DNA of 63,955 nucleotides, counting the filler, from Reclinomonas americana ATCC 50394 (taxonomy: Eukaryota): assembly GCA_048213135.1 (NCBI GenBank). It is 6 parts of 5 records of this genome, joined end to end, with 100 filler letters (N's around TTAATTAATTAA, not from the genome) between each part and the next. Parts side by side here need not be neighbours in the genome. Positions count along the whole stretch, not along the records: positions 14,709 to 43,561 come from PS015441.1; positions 43,662 to 56,352 come from PS015441.1; 4 more parts are not named here. One strand, written 5' to 3'. Of the stretch, positions 39,238 to 51,439 are shown piece after piece. Below the pieces are notes generated by a model. It did not search any database and had not been told where the DNA came from. It was given only the letters and a program-made list of their open reading frames with translations. Positions within the stretch are counted from its first letter, which is position 1; each line of letters begins with the position of its first letter. A program made the translations under genes and the position numbers.

Positions 39238-40806
39238 ATGACAACAATTGAGGAGCGAAGGGTGGAGGAGGAGGTGGAGGTGGAGGTGGTGGGTGAGGAG
39301 GAGGAGCGGAATGAGCGCACACTGGCGTACGTGCAGTACATGGTGGCGACGCTCGGTGGCAAGGTGCTTTCTCGCACACGCACACACAATGTCACCAAAA
39401 AAACGAGGCTAATTATGTGCCTCAGGTGGATTTTCGCCTGTATCGACTGGGCGATGCCAAGCTGCGGCATATTGTGGGAGTGGCACTGCAGCGTTGCGGT
39501 GATGAGCTGCGATCGTTGGATTTGACCGGTTCGCGCACACACAACGTCGTCGCGCACCAAAAAAAGGAGCTTTTTTTGAACCCTCTTCTCGCTCTGTGGC
39601 AGGCAACGAGCTGACGGATGCCTCGGCGCAGTCGCTGGCACTGTGCATGCCATCGCTGGAGAGCTTGCGCTTGTCAGGTTTGTGCTCCGTACGCATCCAT
39701 TTCACCCTCTCAGCTGCTGATCGATCATCGTTCACAGTGAACATGCTCACTGGCGATGGCATGCGACAACTGTTTGCCGACGATCGTGGACCTGTGCTGC
39801 GACCGCGACTGCGCGAGCTGGACATGTGGAGTTGCGATGAGCGCATAGTGTGCTTTCCTTTCTGACGCGGTCTCACCCTCTTGCATATAGACAACTCGAT
39901 CGGCGATGATGGAGTGGAGGCGATCGCCCGCGCGTGCCCCAACCTCACCAGCATCAACGTGAGTGAGACGGGCGTCGGCAATGCGGGTATGTTGGCCCTG
40001 TGCACGCACTGCACGCAGCTGCGGCGAATCCAGGCGAGCGGTGCGTTGTGGTTTATTCTCTTCCTTTCGCCATCGCCATTGCCAGCGAGTCGCCGACCAT
40101 ATGTGCCGCCCGTGCAGAGAACCGTATCTCTGACGCTGGTCTGGCGCTGCTGAGCAACCTGGCGCAGCTGCGGTACCTGTCGCTGTCATGTTGCGTCCAT
40201 CGCAGCGAGCGTGCACACCGTGATGAGCGCTCATCTTATATTTTTTGTGCGCCAGTCAACAAGATCAGCGACGCTGGCGCTGAGAGCATTGCCGACTCAC
40301 GTGCGCCGATTCGCGAGCTCCGCTTGTCGTCCACGGGAGTGCGTGAGCAGGGCATTCTGGCGATTGCGCACAGCCTGCGCTTCTTGAGTGACCTGGACGT
40401 CGATCGGCGACTCCGCATCGTCGCGGCTCCGGTGCTGCAGTGCACGACCGAGTTGGGCGCCCTGCGCGAGGCGCACGAGTTGTGCAGTGTGCGCACGCAC
40501 GACCCGCGAGTGCCGCCGGACGTCGCCAAGTATTTTGAGTTCTGCATGCAGGTGCTGCAGGTGGTGGCCGATCAGTCGGCGCTGCTGTTCCGCCAGCGTG
40601 GCTTGCTGACCGACCGTGTTCCGATCGAGCGCGGTCCGTCGCGACACCGGCCGCGTGGTGGATGGCACGGGCATCGTGGTGGTGGTGGTGGTGGTCAGGG
40701 TCGAGGGCGGGGAGGAGGTGGAGGAGGTGGAGGTGGTGGTGGTAATCGCGGCCGCGGTGGTCGGCGACCGTGGCGGGGAGGTGGGCGTGGTGGTGCGAGG
40801 CAGTGA
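39238..40806 (+). CDS. Leucine-rich-repeat (RNI/AMN1-like) protein with RGG-rich C-terminal tail
   Basis: Spliced repeats LRSLDLTGNELTDAS, LRELDMWNNSIGDDGV, LTSINVSETGVGNAG and LRYLSLSFNKISDAGA. Tail GRGRGGGG...GGRGGARQ. Confidence 0.85.
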
Positions 40807-40923
40807 CAGGGTATTGGCATGTTTCTTTTTGTTTGGTTTGCAATAATAATAATAATAACAAGTAACAACAAAACAAAACTCAATCACTACACACTCCCCC
40901 CCAACCGCTGCCACCGCTCAGCA

Positions 40924-41594
40924 TCATGGATCCGTTGGTGGCGGCCGCTCATTGGTGTCACCCGCTGTCGCGGAAGCTGCCGCCGCCGCAGCTACTGCTG
41001 CTGCTGCAGCAGCAGCCGTTGCCGTTGCAGAGGGTGCAGTCATGTGCGTCTTGCTCGGCATGGTCGCAGGCGAGGGCATGGAAGACGACGATGAGGACGA
41101 GGAGGACGATGACGACGACAAATTCGCGGTGGGATTGGTGAAGGGGAACGAGGCCGCTACCACCGGTGGTGCATCGGTGTCGGGCGTGTAGAGGCCACGC
41201 TCAACCACCCAGCTGTGCACCAAAGACAAGGATGAGGAAAGCGATGACATGAAGGAGAGAAAGTCAACACCGTACTCAACTTGGCCAGCCACGAAGCACT
41301 CGGTGCGCTAGTGATAAACGCCGACGTGAGCAGGTGCTGGGCGGTGGGTCGCTGCTCTGGGTCGCGCTTCAAACTGGAAACACGAAAGCAACGGATGAGC
41401 GCGTCGGGAGCACAAAAAAAGGATTGTGACTTCTGTGTCGCACCAGCTGCTGACAAACTCGCGGAATGCCTCCGAGTGTCCGCTAGGCAGCTCGGGAAGC
41501 GGGTACGTGCAGATGCGATTCATGAGGCCGAAATGATCCGGCGCTGTGTGCACACATCAGTAAAAGCGAGGCTGCGCGACTTGACAAACGCGCT
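40924..41594 (-). CDS. Protein kinase C-terminal lobe fragment (MAP2K/STE7-like)
   Basis: LMNRICTYPLPELPSGHSEAFREFVSSC|LKRDPEQRPTAQHLLTSAFI corresponds to kinase subdomains X-XI. Confidence 0.75.
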
Positions 41595-42037
41595 NNNNNN
41601 NNNNNNNNNNNNNNNNNNNNNNNNNNNNNNNNNNNNNNNNNNNNNNNNNNNNNNNNNNNNNNNNNNNNNNNNNNNNNNNNNNNNNNNNNNNNNNNNNNNN
41701 NNNNNNNNNNNNNNNNNNNNNNNNNNNNNNNNNNNNNNNNNNNNNNNNNNNNNNNNNNNNNNNNNNNNNNNNNNNNNNNNNNNNNNNNNNNNNNNNNNNN
41801 NNNNNNNNNNNNNNNNNNNNNNNNNNNNNNNNNNNNNNNNNNNNNNNNNNNNNNNNNNNNNNNNNNNNNNNNNNNNNNNNNNNNNNNNNNNNNNNNNNNN
41901 NNNNNNNNNNNNNNNNNNNNNNNNNNNNNNNNNNNNNNNNNNNNNNNNNNNNNNNNNNNNNNNNNNNNNNNNNNNNNNNNNNNNNNNNNNNNNNNNNNNN
42001 NNNNNNNNNNNNNNNNNNNNNNNNNNNNNNNNNNNNT

Positions 42038-42475
42038 GCTGCTGCCGCAGCCGGCACTGGCCACGAGCAGGGCGCCGATGTGGCGCCGCCCGCGCCGCTC
42101 GAGTTCGACACCATCACCGACGTCAAGTTCTTTGCACGTTTGCTGGACGATGATGACTCGGACTCGGAGGATTCGGACTCGGATGAGGCTGACGGGCAGC
42201 CGTCGCCGCTGCGTGCGCGCAGCGATCCGTGGGTCCTGCGTCTGTACGTGGCGCTCGCTGGCCTGGCTCCCGGCAACGTGCCGGCCAATGTGGCTTTCGG
42301 CATTGACGCTCGTCGCAGCGATGTGGCTCGTGCCACACGTCGCGCGCAGCACGAGGTGCAGCGTCGCGCCCTACGCTCGGCCACCTACCACGTGTCGTCG
42401 CACGTGAAGGGCGTGACCGCCGGGGTGGATGTGCACCGTCAGAGTGGCGCACAGCGTTGTCGCCGCGGCTCGTGA
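42038..42475 (+). CDS. Hypothetical protein, 3' fragment
   Basis: An open, coding-like frame from the gap edge to TGA at 42475. No family recognised. Confidence 0.4.
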   Translation, partial: AAAAAGTGHEQGADVAPPAPLEFDTITDVKFFARLLDDDDSDSEDSDSDEADGQPSPLRARSDPWVLRLYVALAGLAPGNVPANVAFGIDARRSDVARATRRAQHEVQRRALRSATYHVSSHVKGVTAGVDVHRQSGAQRCRRGS

Positions 42476-42743
42476 AGCGGCGCCGCCGCCACCATTATTT
42501 TTTTTTGCTGTTGATTCTCTTTTCTCTCTCATGTTTTTTCGTTCATTGCGATTGTGTGTGATTATTACGTGTTCTTGCTCTTCTGTTCTCGCGTGTTAAC
42601 GAGAGTTAATTCACGCAAGCTAACAGAAGCGCAGGGCGGGAGTAATAAACCCCAACCGCCGCATGAGATCAAACAACAATGCATGAGTCCCATTGTCATG
42701 ATCGCGCTCGTTTGTTCGTCATCACGCAGAGAAACGTCTGAGA

Positions 42744-43509
42744 ATGGACTCACCCATCGCGCCTCCACCACCGGCGCTGGTTGAGCGCAAAGTTCCACTC
42801 TCTTCCCTCTCTCTGCTCCTCCTCTCCTCCCTCTGTCTCACTCACTCACTGTCACACTGTGACACACACAACAGGAGGAGTCGTTTGACATTTTGCGTCG
42901 CGTGGGCACCGGTCGCTTCTCAGAGGTCTTTCTCGCCCGCGAGAGAGCCACACAGAAGCTAGTCGTACTCAAGGTTCGCGCTCAAAAAGTGTTCCTCCTC
43001 GTCTTCCCTCATGACATCACTGACTGATTGCGCATATAGTTTGTGCAGGTGTGATCACTCTTTCTCTCTCGTTGTCAACACACACACACACACTCACATA
43101 TGTGCTTCACATAGTGTGATGTAGTGGAGATGCCTGGTGAGAGCGATCTGGAGCCTGTGGATCGAGAGCACGACGCATTGTCGGCGTGCAGTCAAGCTGC
43201 GCATCCGAATGTCATGTCGTGCGCAGGGTGGGTGCTGCGAGCGCATCACGTGGGCTTTGTGCTGGAGTGGATGAATGTGGGCACACTCGGCCGACTCATG
43301 GAGGTCTATGTCTGAGCACCAGGCAGCAACAGCGCGTGCTCATTCATGCTCTTGCTGACTCTTTGACGCAGGTGTGCCCGAACAAGTGCGTTCCTGAGCC
43401 TGTGTTGGCGGCTGTGGCCAAGCAGGTGCTGCGTGGCTTGGCGTACATCCACAGGCCTCCACTGCGCCTCCTGCACCGCGATATCAAGCCCGATAACATT
43501 CTGCTCACG
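42744..43509 (+). CDS. Protein kinase N-terminal fragment (MAP2K/STE7-like), truncated at scaffold end
   Basis: VGTGRFSEVFLA...VVLK, FVLEWMNVGTLGRL and VPEPVLAAVAKQVLRGLAYIH...LHRDIKPDNILL. Confidence 0.85.
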
Positions 43510-44221
43510 GTTGCGTCTGTCTCACAGCGTCATTCGCTATCGTCGTGCTCACATAAGGCGTNNNNNNNNNNNNNNNNNNNNNNNNNNNNNNNNNNNNNNN
43601 NNNNNTTAATTAATTAANNNNNNNNNNNNNNNNNNNNNNNNNNNNNNNNNNNNNNNNNNNNCATCCATCATTCATCATCAATGCACGCACGCACAGTGTC
43701 CGTCACTCACCAAAGAACATACAAGGGATGACGGGGGCCGGCGGTTTCGAGAAGGAGGTGGCACAAAGGCAGAGAGAGAGAGAGCGGAACACTCACTCAC
43801 AGAACACTTGTTGCTCGGGGAGAAGGAGCACACAAACGCACGCGCGTCGAACTTAATTAACGACGCACCGCGGGGAGAGACAGAGAAGAGAAGAAGAACA
43901 CCAGTGTCTTCTCTCTGTTATTAATAAACGCTTTCTTCGTCACACACTATGCCAGTGTGTGTGTAGGAGAGAGCGGAACGGACAACAACTGTGACGCGTG
44001 TGCAATGTCACCACGCGCACACACGAAAAACACAAGAGGGAGGAGAGGGCACACAGAGGCGAGGAATGGAGCAGGTCTCGACAAGCTGCAGGGTATCACA
44101 CAGAGAGCAACAGACACACACACAAAGAGGTGGGGCTATTATTGGCTCAGAGACGCAAACAACGATAAAGGTAATAGCTTCTGTAAACCTCGTCTACATA
44201 AAAACATCGCACACCGTTTTT

Positions 44222-46684
44222 TCATTGCCACTGTCTCACCAGTCGCGTGTACTGCAAGCAGACTTCGAGCGCGGCGCTGCTGAGGCGAGCGATGGAGGCC
44301 ACTCGACGATCGCACGATTGCAAGAGTTGGCGCACAGAGAGCGCGAGGCCGCATTGCAGCGCCGCAATCTCTGCGTTGAACTGGAGGAGGTGGTCGCAGC
44401 GGGCTTGCCACTGCTGCCCACTGCCGCCGTCCACTGGTGCGCTGCGACGTGCACCGCGCCGCGAGGAGGAGGAGGAGGAGTCGGTAATGTCGACGGTCAG
44501 CAGCGTCTGATTGCCGACAAGCATCTCGTGCAGCGTCGCGTACACGGTCTCGGTGATGGCCACTGCGACGAACCACATGTGTCAGCCACCAAGCACGAGG
44601 ATGAAAGAGACGTGGAGGCGACGCAACGCTGCATACGCAGGTGCCGTAAAGTGTGATTGTTGACCAGGGCAGCAACGAAATCGACGGCACTCTCGCTCAC
44701 CAGCGGCGAGTCTGCACGCACCGTCAGCACTCATTCTCTCCCGTGCACACCCATACACAGATGTACCAGGCAACGAGATGGTGAGCGAGGCGAGATTGGG
44801 AGCCGAGTTGTCCACAAACACGTCGGTGAGCACCTCCATTCCCTGCGCGTCGAGACACTCGCCTGTGTGCGCACAACAATGTCATTTTCCACCGCGCGCT
44901 CTTCATCGCATGTGTACCGCTTACGCACCGAGCAACGAGAGTGACGTGAGGTGCGCGTTGGCGCGCAGTAATCTGCACAGTGTGTGCACGGCCACCGTAC
45001 TGAGACCACCACCTGTGCATGAAAGTGTCAGGTTCAACCCCGCTGCGCTACCACGTGCTGATGACAATCGGCCGGCATACCATTCCACACAAACTCCTCC
45101 ACCGTCCAGTTGCGATGCAGAGCCGCCACGAGGGCGTAGAACTGTGGTCTCCTGCGGAATGGTCTCGTGCACACTGCACCCGGCAACAAAAGAGATCAAC
45201 AACTCGCATTTCCTTCAGAGACACATCACACACAAACCATCATCAAACGTGGCGACGGCGTTGCGCCGAATGGCCTCCACGGGTACACCACACAACGACT
45301 CGAGTGTGGCACTGCGGTTGACGGCAGCCTCGGCCAGCTCGGCACTGGCAGCGTCGCCGATCGCATTGTCGTCCACATCAAGGTGACGCAAGTGAGTCGC
45401 CGCTCGTGGATCGTCCAGCAGACGCACCAGCGCCAGCGCGGACACATCGCTTAGTTGACTCTCTGCGCCACGATGGGGTGAGATCGACTGGCTGGCAGAA
45501 GATGCTGTGAAAAAAACGAGCGCTCAACTCTGCAGCGACACTTGTGAGAGCGCGCACGACGGTGTGCGCAAATGGCCAATCACATGCTGCACGCCCGAAT
45601 CGCCCAGTGGATTATCTGGCGCGCCTCGCACAGTGAGCGCGTGGATGGACACAGCGGCATCTTTGCACAAAATAACGCAACCGCTGAGACTCAGTCGAGA
45701 GAGGGCGGTGGCTGTCGACAGGCGTCGCGTCAGCATGCGAATGTGACGCGCTTCGAGTGCATTGCCGTCCAGCGCCAGACATTCGAGCGATGGATGGTCC
45801 GCCAGCGAGTCGGCCAGCGACGCCACGCAGTGCAGGTACTGGCCGAGGCCACAGTCTGTACGGCACTCGGTGAGCATCGTACGAGGCGCACGTACGAGCA
45901 GAAACGCAACATTGAATCGACAGCGACTGCAGGTGCCGGTGCACGCCCACAGCGCTGCACAGAACGGAGAGCAGCGGTTCGCCAACAGTGCACGCTGCGA
46001 GAGAGACGCGCGAGTGAGCGCAGAAATCGTCAAGGGAAGGGAGAAGAAAGAAGAAGAGTCGCCACCTTGCAAGGCCACACGGCGCACATGCGGGCAGTGC
46101 ATCATCACAAACGCCACCGCCGGCGCCGCCTCGTCCGGCAGCGTACACCGCACCAGCGACAACGATGCGAGGCACGAGGTGGGCGGACCCAACGACCGAC
46201 ACAGCATACCCACGCGCCGCACATCCAGCTCCGTCAACGACGTGTCGGCAATCTGCATCTCCTGCTGACCGCCGAGCGTCGCCATTTGCTCGTAGTCCAT
46301 CTCCGGCGAGCCCACATACTCGACCGCCGACATGAACGCGCTCTCCACGTGCCGCGATGGCGCCTCTGCCAGCTCACTGACCATAAACTCATCATCATCG
46401 CCATCATCATCGTCCACTCGCAACATGCCACTCATCATCGCCACCAGCTCATCTGCATCCTCCGTGTCGACCCACTGCGACTTGCACGCCACATCATGCA
46501 CTGACTCCTCTGCATCATCATCATCATCATCGTCGTCGTCGGCATCATCAGAGAGGCGTCGCCTGCTGCGTCGCCACCGCAGCTGCTTTCGCGCGCGCAC
46601 AGGCCACTCCATCACCTGCCCCCCTTCATCATCACCACCACCATCAGTGGTGTCGGCCTTCATCTGCAGCAGCACGGCCGCCAA
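44222..46684 (-). CDS. Leucine-rich-repeat (RNI/NLRC3-like) protein, start uncertain
   Basis: LECLALDGNALEA, LSRLSLSDNPLGDSGV, LRHLDVDDNAIGDAASAELA and NHTLRHLRM, after an acidic N-terminus. Confidence 0.8.
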
Positions 46685-46822
46685 TCAGCGCACAACGTGT
46701 GAGTGAGCAGCAGACAAAGGCACGCACGCAACACTGTGATTGCGTTCTATTCGTTTGTTGTGTTGTGTGGCTGTCCTATGCCGCTGTCCTTCTTCGTTCT
46801 TTGTTGTGTGTGTGCAGTGAGC

Positions 46823-47034
46823 ATGGATCTCGATGATGGGGCGCATGGGCACGGAGCAGCAGCTGCTGGTCTCCTGGCGCTGACCATGCCCTCGAGTCAG
46901 CGACAGCTGCGCGCGTGTCTCACCTGTCGACTGATCAAGACCATGTCGCAGTTCCTGGCCGATGGGTGCCAGAACTGTGCGTGGCCGGCGTCAGATGGCA
47001 GGCAAGAGACCACGACCTTGTTTGAAGGGTGCGC

Positions 47035-47072
<38 letters not shown>

Positions 47073-47402
47073 TGTGTGTGTGTGTGTTGCTGATGGTGAC
47101 TGTTGCAGGTTCTTGTGTATCATCAACCCGCGCGACAGTTGGATTGCGCGATGGTTCAAGAAGAGTTGCGCGCATAGAGTGGAGCGGCTGCTTGGCGTGT
47201 GCGTCTCACCCTGTGTGCGTGTTTGTGTCTGTGCGCAGCGGATGTGGTACCTGGCGCCTATGCATGTGAGTGTGTGTTGTCGTGGTGTTTGCAGCAGGGT
47301 GGATGGCTCACTGGTGGTCGTGTGCTTGCAGCGAGGTTGCTGATTGACAAGGATGCTGAGGTGGAGGAAGAGGAGGATGAGTATGAAGATGAAGATGACT
47401 GA
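46823..47402 (+). CDS. SPT4: Transcription elongation factor SPT4
   Basis: LRACLTCRLIKT..QF..DGCQNC...TTTLFEG|FLCIINPRDSWIARW...VPGAYA zinc-binding signature. Confidence 0.93.
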
Positions 47403-48402
47403 GTGTGTGTGGGTGTGGTCAGATTGAAACTCGACCGCTGTGTGTTTTTGTGATTGTGTTGCGTGCGGCAGTGAGTGGTGAAAGAGAGAGGGAGAGAAAG
47501 GGGAGAAGGGGGACGAGTTGTCGTTTCTTGGTGCTGGTGCTGCAGCTCGCTGCATTGCAGTCGAAATGGGGAAGGGGGAGAAGGAGTTCGAGTCAGAGTT
47601 TCTATTGCTGTAGCTCGCTGGAGTTGCAGTCAAGGGGAGAGAGCCTGATTGGGGCACGAGAGCAGAGGGAACAAGGGGAGGCGGAGATCCACTGGTTCTT
47701 GCTTGGCTCGAGACAGCCAATCCATTAGCCGGTATTTTCAGCTCGACGTCATCCGAAGACAACAAGAGTTGTTGCAGCTCACCGTGAGGAGCCAGCGGGA
47801 TGGCACGGGTAGATGCGTACTGTTATGTATTCCTGTCGAGCCAGCCAGGTTGCAGATGGACAACTTCCCAGATCCGGATCGCCCATGACTTCCGGAGTTG
47901 ACGGAGACACTGTGTTTGATCTTTATGAACCAAGGCCAGCACGTGTGCAGGCCAGTGGATTCGCCAGTCCTGCAGCGCTGTACATGTGCTCGGGCATCCG
48001 ACAGCCTTTGCAAATTGGTCACGGCTAGCGTTGCGGCCAAGCATGCCCAAGTGGCTCCGAACTCCATGACCACTCAACCGTTGTCGCACGGAGCTGCAGC
48101 GCAGGCAACTGCAACAGTTGCAGTCGCGCGCGCGCGCTGGGAGCTCGAGCGCATCATTTCCTTTCTCGACTTCATCAGCGCTAAGAAACACGACAAGAGC
48201 GCGAACGGGGAACAAAACGAGAGGTGCACTGGTGACCACCACCTCTTCCCTCTTTCAAAGCCGCCAAGCCCATTGTCGTCAAAAAGGCGGAGAAAGATTC
48301 GCATCCGGAATCCAAGCGCGCGAAAAACGCACATTTTTCGCATTTTTCTTTTCAACTCTCATCACCGAGCGCTGACAAAGCTCAAACATCAACAACAACA
48401 CT

Positions 48403-50835
48403 ATGGCCGCTGAGGATCAATTCCGCCAGTCTATGGCTGGTGTGCTGGCATCGTCGCCCGTCGACACTGCTGGCGCCGCCATGCTCCAAGTTGCGTGTGT
48501 GTGTGTGTGTTCGCGCGCGGGCAATCGCCCCCCTCCTCTCTCNNNNNNNNNNNNNNNNNNNNTCCGTCCTCCTCTCCTCCCTCCTCTCTCTCTCTCTCTC
48601 TCTCTCCACCTCTTTCCCGTCACTGCGTGTGCGTGTCTGCGTCTTCACTTTTGTTCAGTTGTCTCGAGATGTCGCACCATCTCTCGCTCTCTTGCTCTCT
48701 TCTGTGCGCCACGCACCTCGTGAGTTGCTCCCCACCCTCTGTCCCCGTGCCTTTCCTTCCCGCCCGCCATCTGCTGCCTTGCGAGGAGAGAGATTCCTTT
48801 CACTTGTTGCTGCTGGTGCTGACGTGTTTGTTTTCCGGTCAGACGTGGACCACGTCAACGTGGAGGTTTGTCTTGGTGTCTCTGCGCTGCTCATTGTGTG
48901 TTTCCGAGATCTCACTTCAACTTTGACCAGGAATACGGTTTGACCACGCAAAAGATTTTCCGCAATGCCTCCGTGCCTGTGCTCTACGAGCAGGCGTTGC
49001 AGCGCGAAAAGGTGCGTAAAGACAGGCAGCCGCTCTGCGTCTGTCTATACTCATCCCCCCCGTTCTGTTCGCAGGGCTCCTACATGACCAGCACTGGTGC
49101 TCTGATCACCCGTTCGGGTGCGAAGACTGGCCGCTCGCCCAAGGACAAGCGCATTGTCGAGGAGCCGTCGACCAAGGAGGACGTGTGGTGGGGCCCCGTC
49201 AACATCAAGCTCGACGAGGCGTCGTTTTTGATGTTGCGTTTCTTTTCATCTGCAAGGGTGTGCATCGACAGCTGCATGCATGCTGACCTGTGGTATTGCA
49301 GTAACCGCGAGCGCGCCATTGATTACCTCAATACGCGCGACCAGTTGTACGTGTTTGACGGCTACGCCGGGTGGGATCCCGTGTACCGCATCAAGGTGTG
49401 TTCCCTATATTTGTTGCATCCTCTTTCTTCCCGCTCCTCCCCTTCCCTTCCTCACCCCATCGCCCAGATCCGTGTCGTCTGCGAGCGTGCCTACCACGCC
49501 CTGTTCATGCACGACATGCTGATCCGCCCGACTCGTGAGGAGCTTGCCGATTTTGGTGAGCCCGACTACATCATCTACAACGCCGGCGCCTTCCCCGCCA
49601 ACCGCTTCACCAAGGGCATGACGTCGTCGACATCGGTGGCCATTCATCTCGGCCGCCGTGAGATGGTCATTCTCGGCACGCTGTACGCCGGCGAGATGAA
49701 GAAGGGTGTGTTGACGATTATGATGTACCTCATGGCCAAGTTGGACGTGTTGCCGCTGCACTCGTCAGCCAACGAAGGTGTGTAATTGTGCTGTGTTGCT
49801 TTCACTTTCTCTTCCCACTCATTGCGATCACCGCCCTCGTGCAGGCCCCGACGGCACCACCACTCTCTTCTTTGGTCTGTCGGGCACCGGCAAGACCACA
49901 CTGAGTGCCGATCCGCACCGCAAGCTCATTGGCGACGATGAGCACGTGTGGACCGACGGTGGCATCTTCAACATTGAGGGCGGCTGCTACGCCAAGTGTG
50001 TGGACCTCACGCACGAGAAGGAGCCGGAGATTTTCGATGCGCTGCGCTTTGGTGCTGTGCTGGAGGTTTGTCGCTCACGCGCAACATCATCATCACGTGT
50101 GCGGAGTGTATTTGTTCCTCATCCGCGCGCACACAGAATGTGGTCTTTGACGAGCACACTCGCCTGGTCGACTACCACGACATCTCCATCACAGAGAACA
50201 CGCGTGCTGCGTACCCGCTGGAGCACATCCCCAACTGCAAGATCCCCGCCATTGGCCAGCACCCGAACAACGTCATTCTGCTCACCTGCGACGCTTTCGG
50301 CGTGTTGCCGCCGGTGTCGAAGCTGACGACGGCGCAGGCCATGTACCACTTCATCAGTGGCTACACTGCCAAGGTGGCCGGCACTGAGGTCGGCATCACC
50401 GAGCCGGAGGCCACGTTCTCTGCTTGCTTTGGCGAGCCGTTCTTGGTGTGGCACCCGACCAAGTACGCCGAGATGTTGGCGCAAAAGTTGGTCACATACG
50501 GCGCCCAAGCGTGGCTGCTGAACACGGGCTGGGTCGGAGGCTCGTACGGCGTCGGACGCCGTTGCTCGCTCAAGTACACGCGCGCCATGGTCGATGCGAT
50601 TCACTCGGGCGAGTTGGCCAACCAGGAGACGGTGGAGAACGCCATCTTTGGTCTGCACGTGCCGAAGCACTGCCCGAATGTGCCCGACGAGATCCTGCAG
50701 CCGCAGATGATGTGGAGGGACGTGACGGCGTACGACGCCACCCTCACTCGTCTGGCTGTGCGCTTCATCGAGAATTTCAAGAAGTACGAGGATCGCGCCT
50801 CGGACGAGATTCGTGCCGCCGGCCCGCGCTTGTGA
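48403..50835 (+). CDS. PCK1: Phosphoenolpyruvate carboxykinase (ATP-dependent)
   Basis: [69 protein letters not shown] and FSACFG. About 9 exons. Confidence 0.98.
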
Positions 50836-51439
50836 GCTCTCTCTACCCTCGCCTGTTTGTTTTTTCGTCTGTGTTTTGAAGTGTGTACAAGTGAAATCGG
50901 CGGTGTGCTGCGTCACGCAAATCAGGGAGAGGAAGTTGCTGATACGATCATATTGCTCGAGTTGTGAGCTTGTGAGTTCTAGTAGAGATATCGATCTTAC
51001 AGCAGCGACCAATCGATTGTCTGCACTGCGGTTTGTTCACAAACACAAAGCTGCCCTTCTTGAAGTGTGCAAGTCGTTCACCGACCCATGCAAATCTCGG
51101 CGGAAACTAGTGCCTCTACATCTTGAAACTGCCATGATTGTGTTGGAGNNNNNNNNNNNNNNNNNNNNTGTAGAACAAGCGACGTCCACGCTTCTTCATT
51201 GATGATGATGATGACAACAACAACAGCAAAACCACTACTACATACGGTGGCACAGTCAGCAAGCAAGCAAGCAGCTCGACTGGCGCGCACCGACTACAAA
51301 ATCGAGCAGAAACAGCAAACACAGAAAGAAACGCAAACAACATACACAAACACATCCCTCCCTCCCTCCCTCCCACAGCTTGGTCCTCGCATTCTGCAAT
51401 GCGGAGCCGGAAAACAACACATGCACACCGTCCAGATCA

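Noticed and set aside
49233..49302. Reading GTTGCGT donors as non-canonical G|TT introns
   Set aside because: Sliding by one base loses the AG acceptor, and conserved residues (FLI-NRERA, LSF-NKI) are restored only with GT-AG boundaries.
50119..51012. Long antisense and overlapping ORFs in the six-frame track (also 45572-46504, 53220-53894 and ORFs spanning N-runs)
   Set aside because: They are shadows of GC-rich coding sequence on the other strand, or artefacts of N-gaps.
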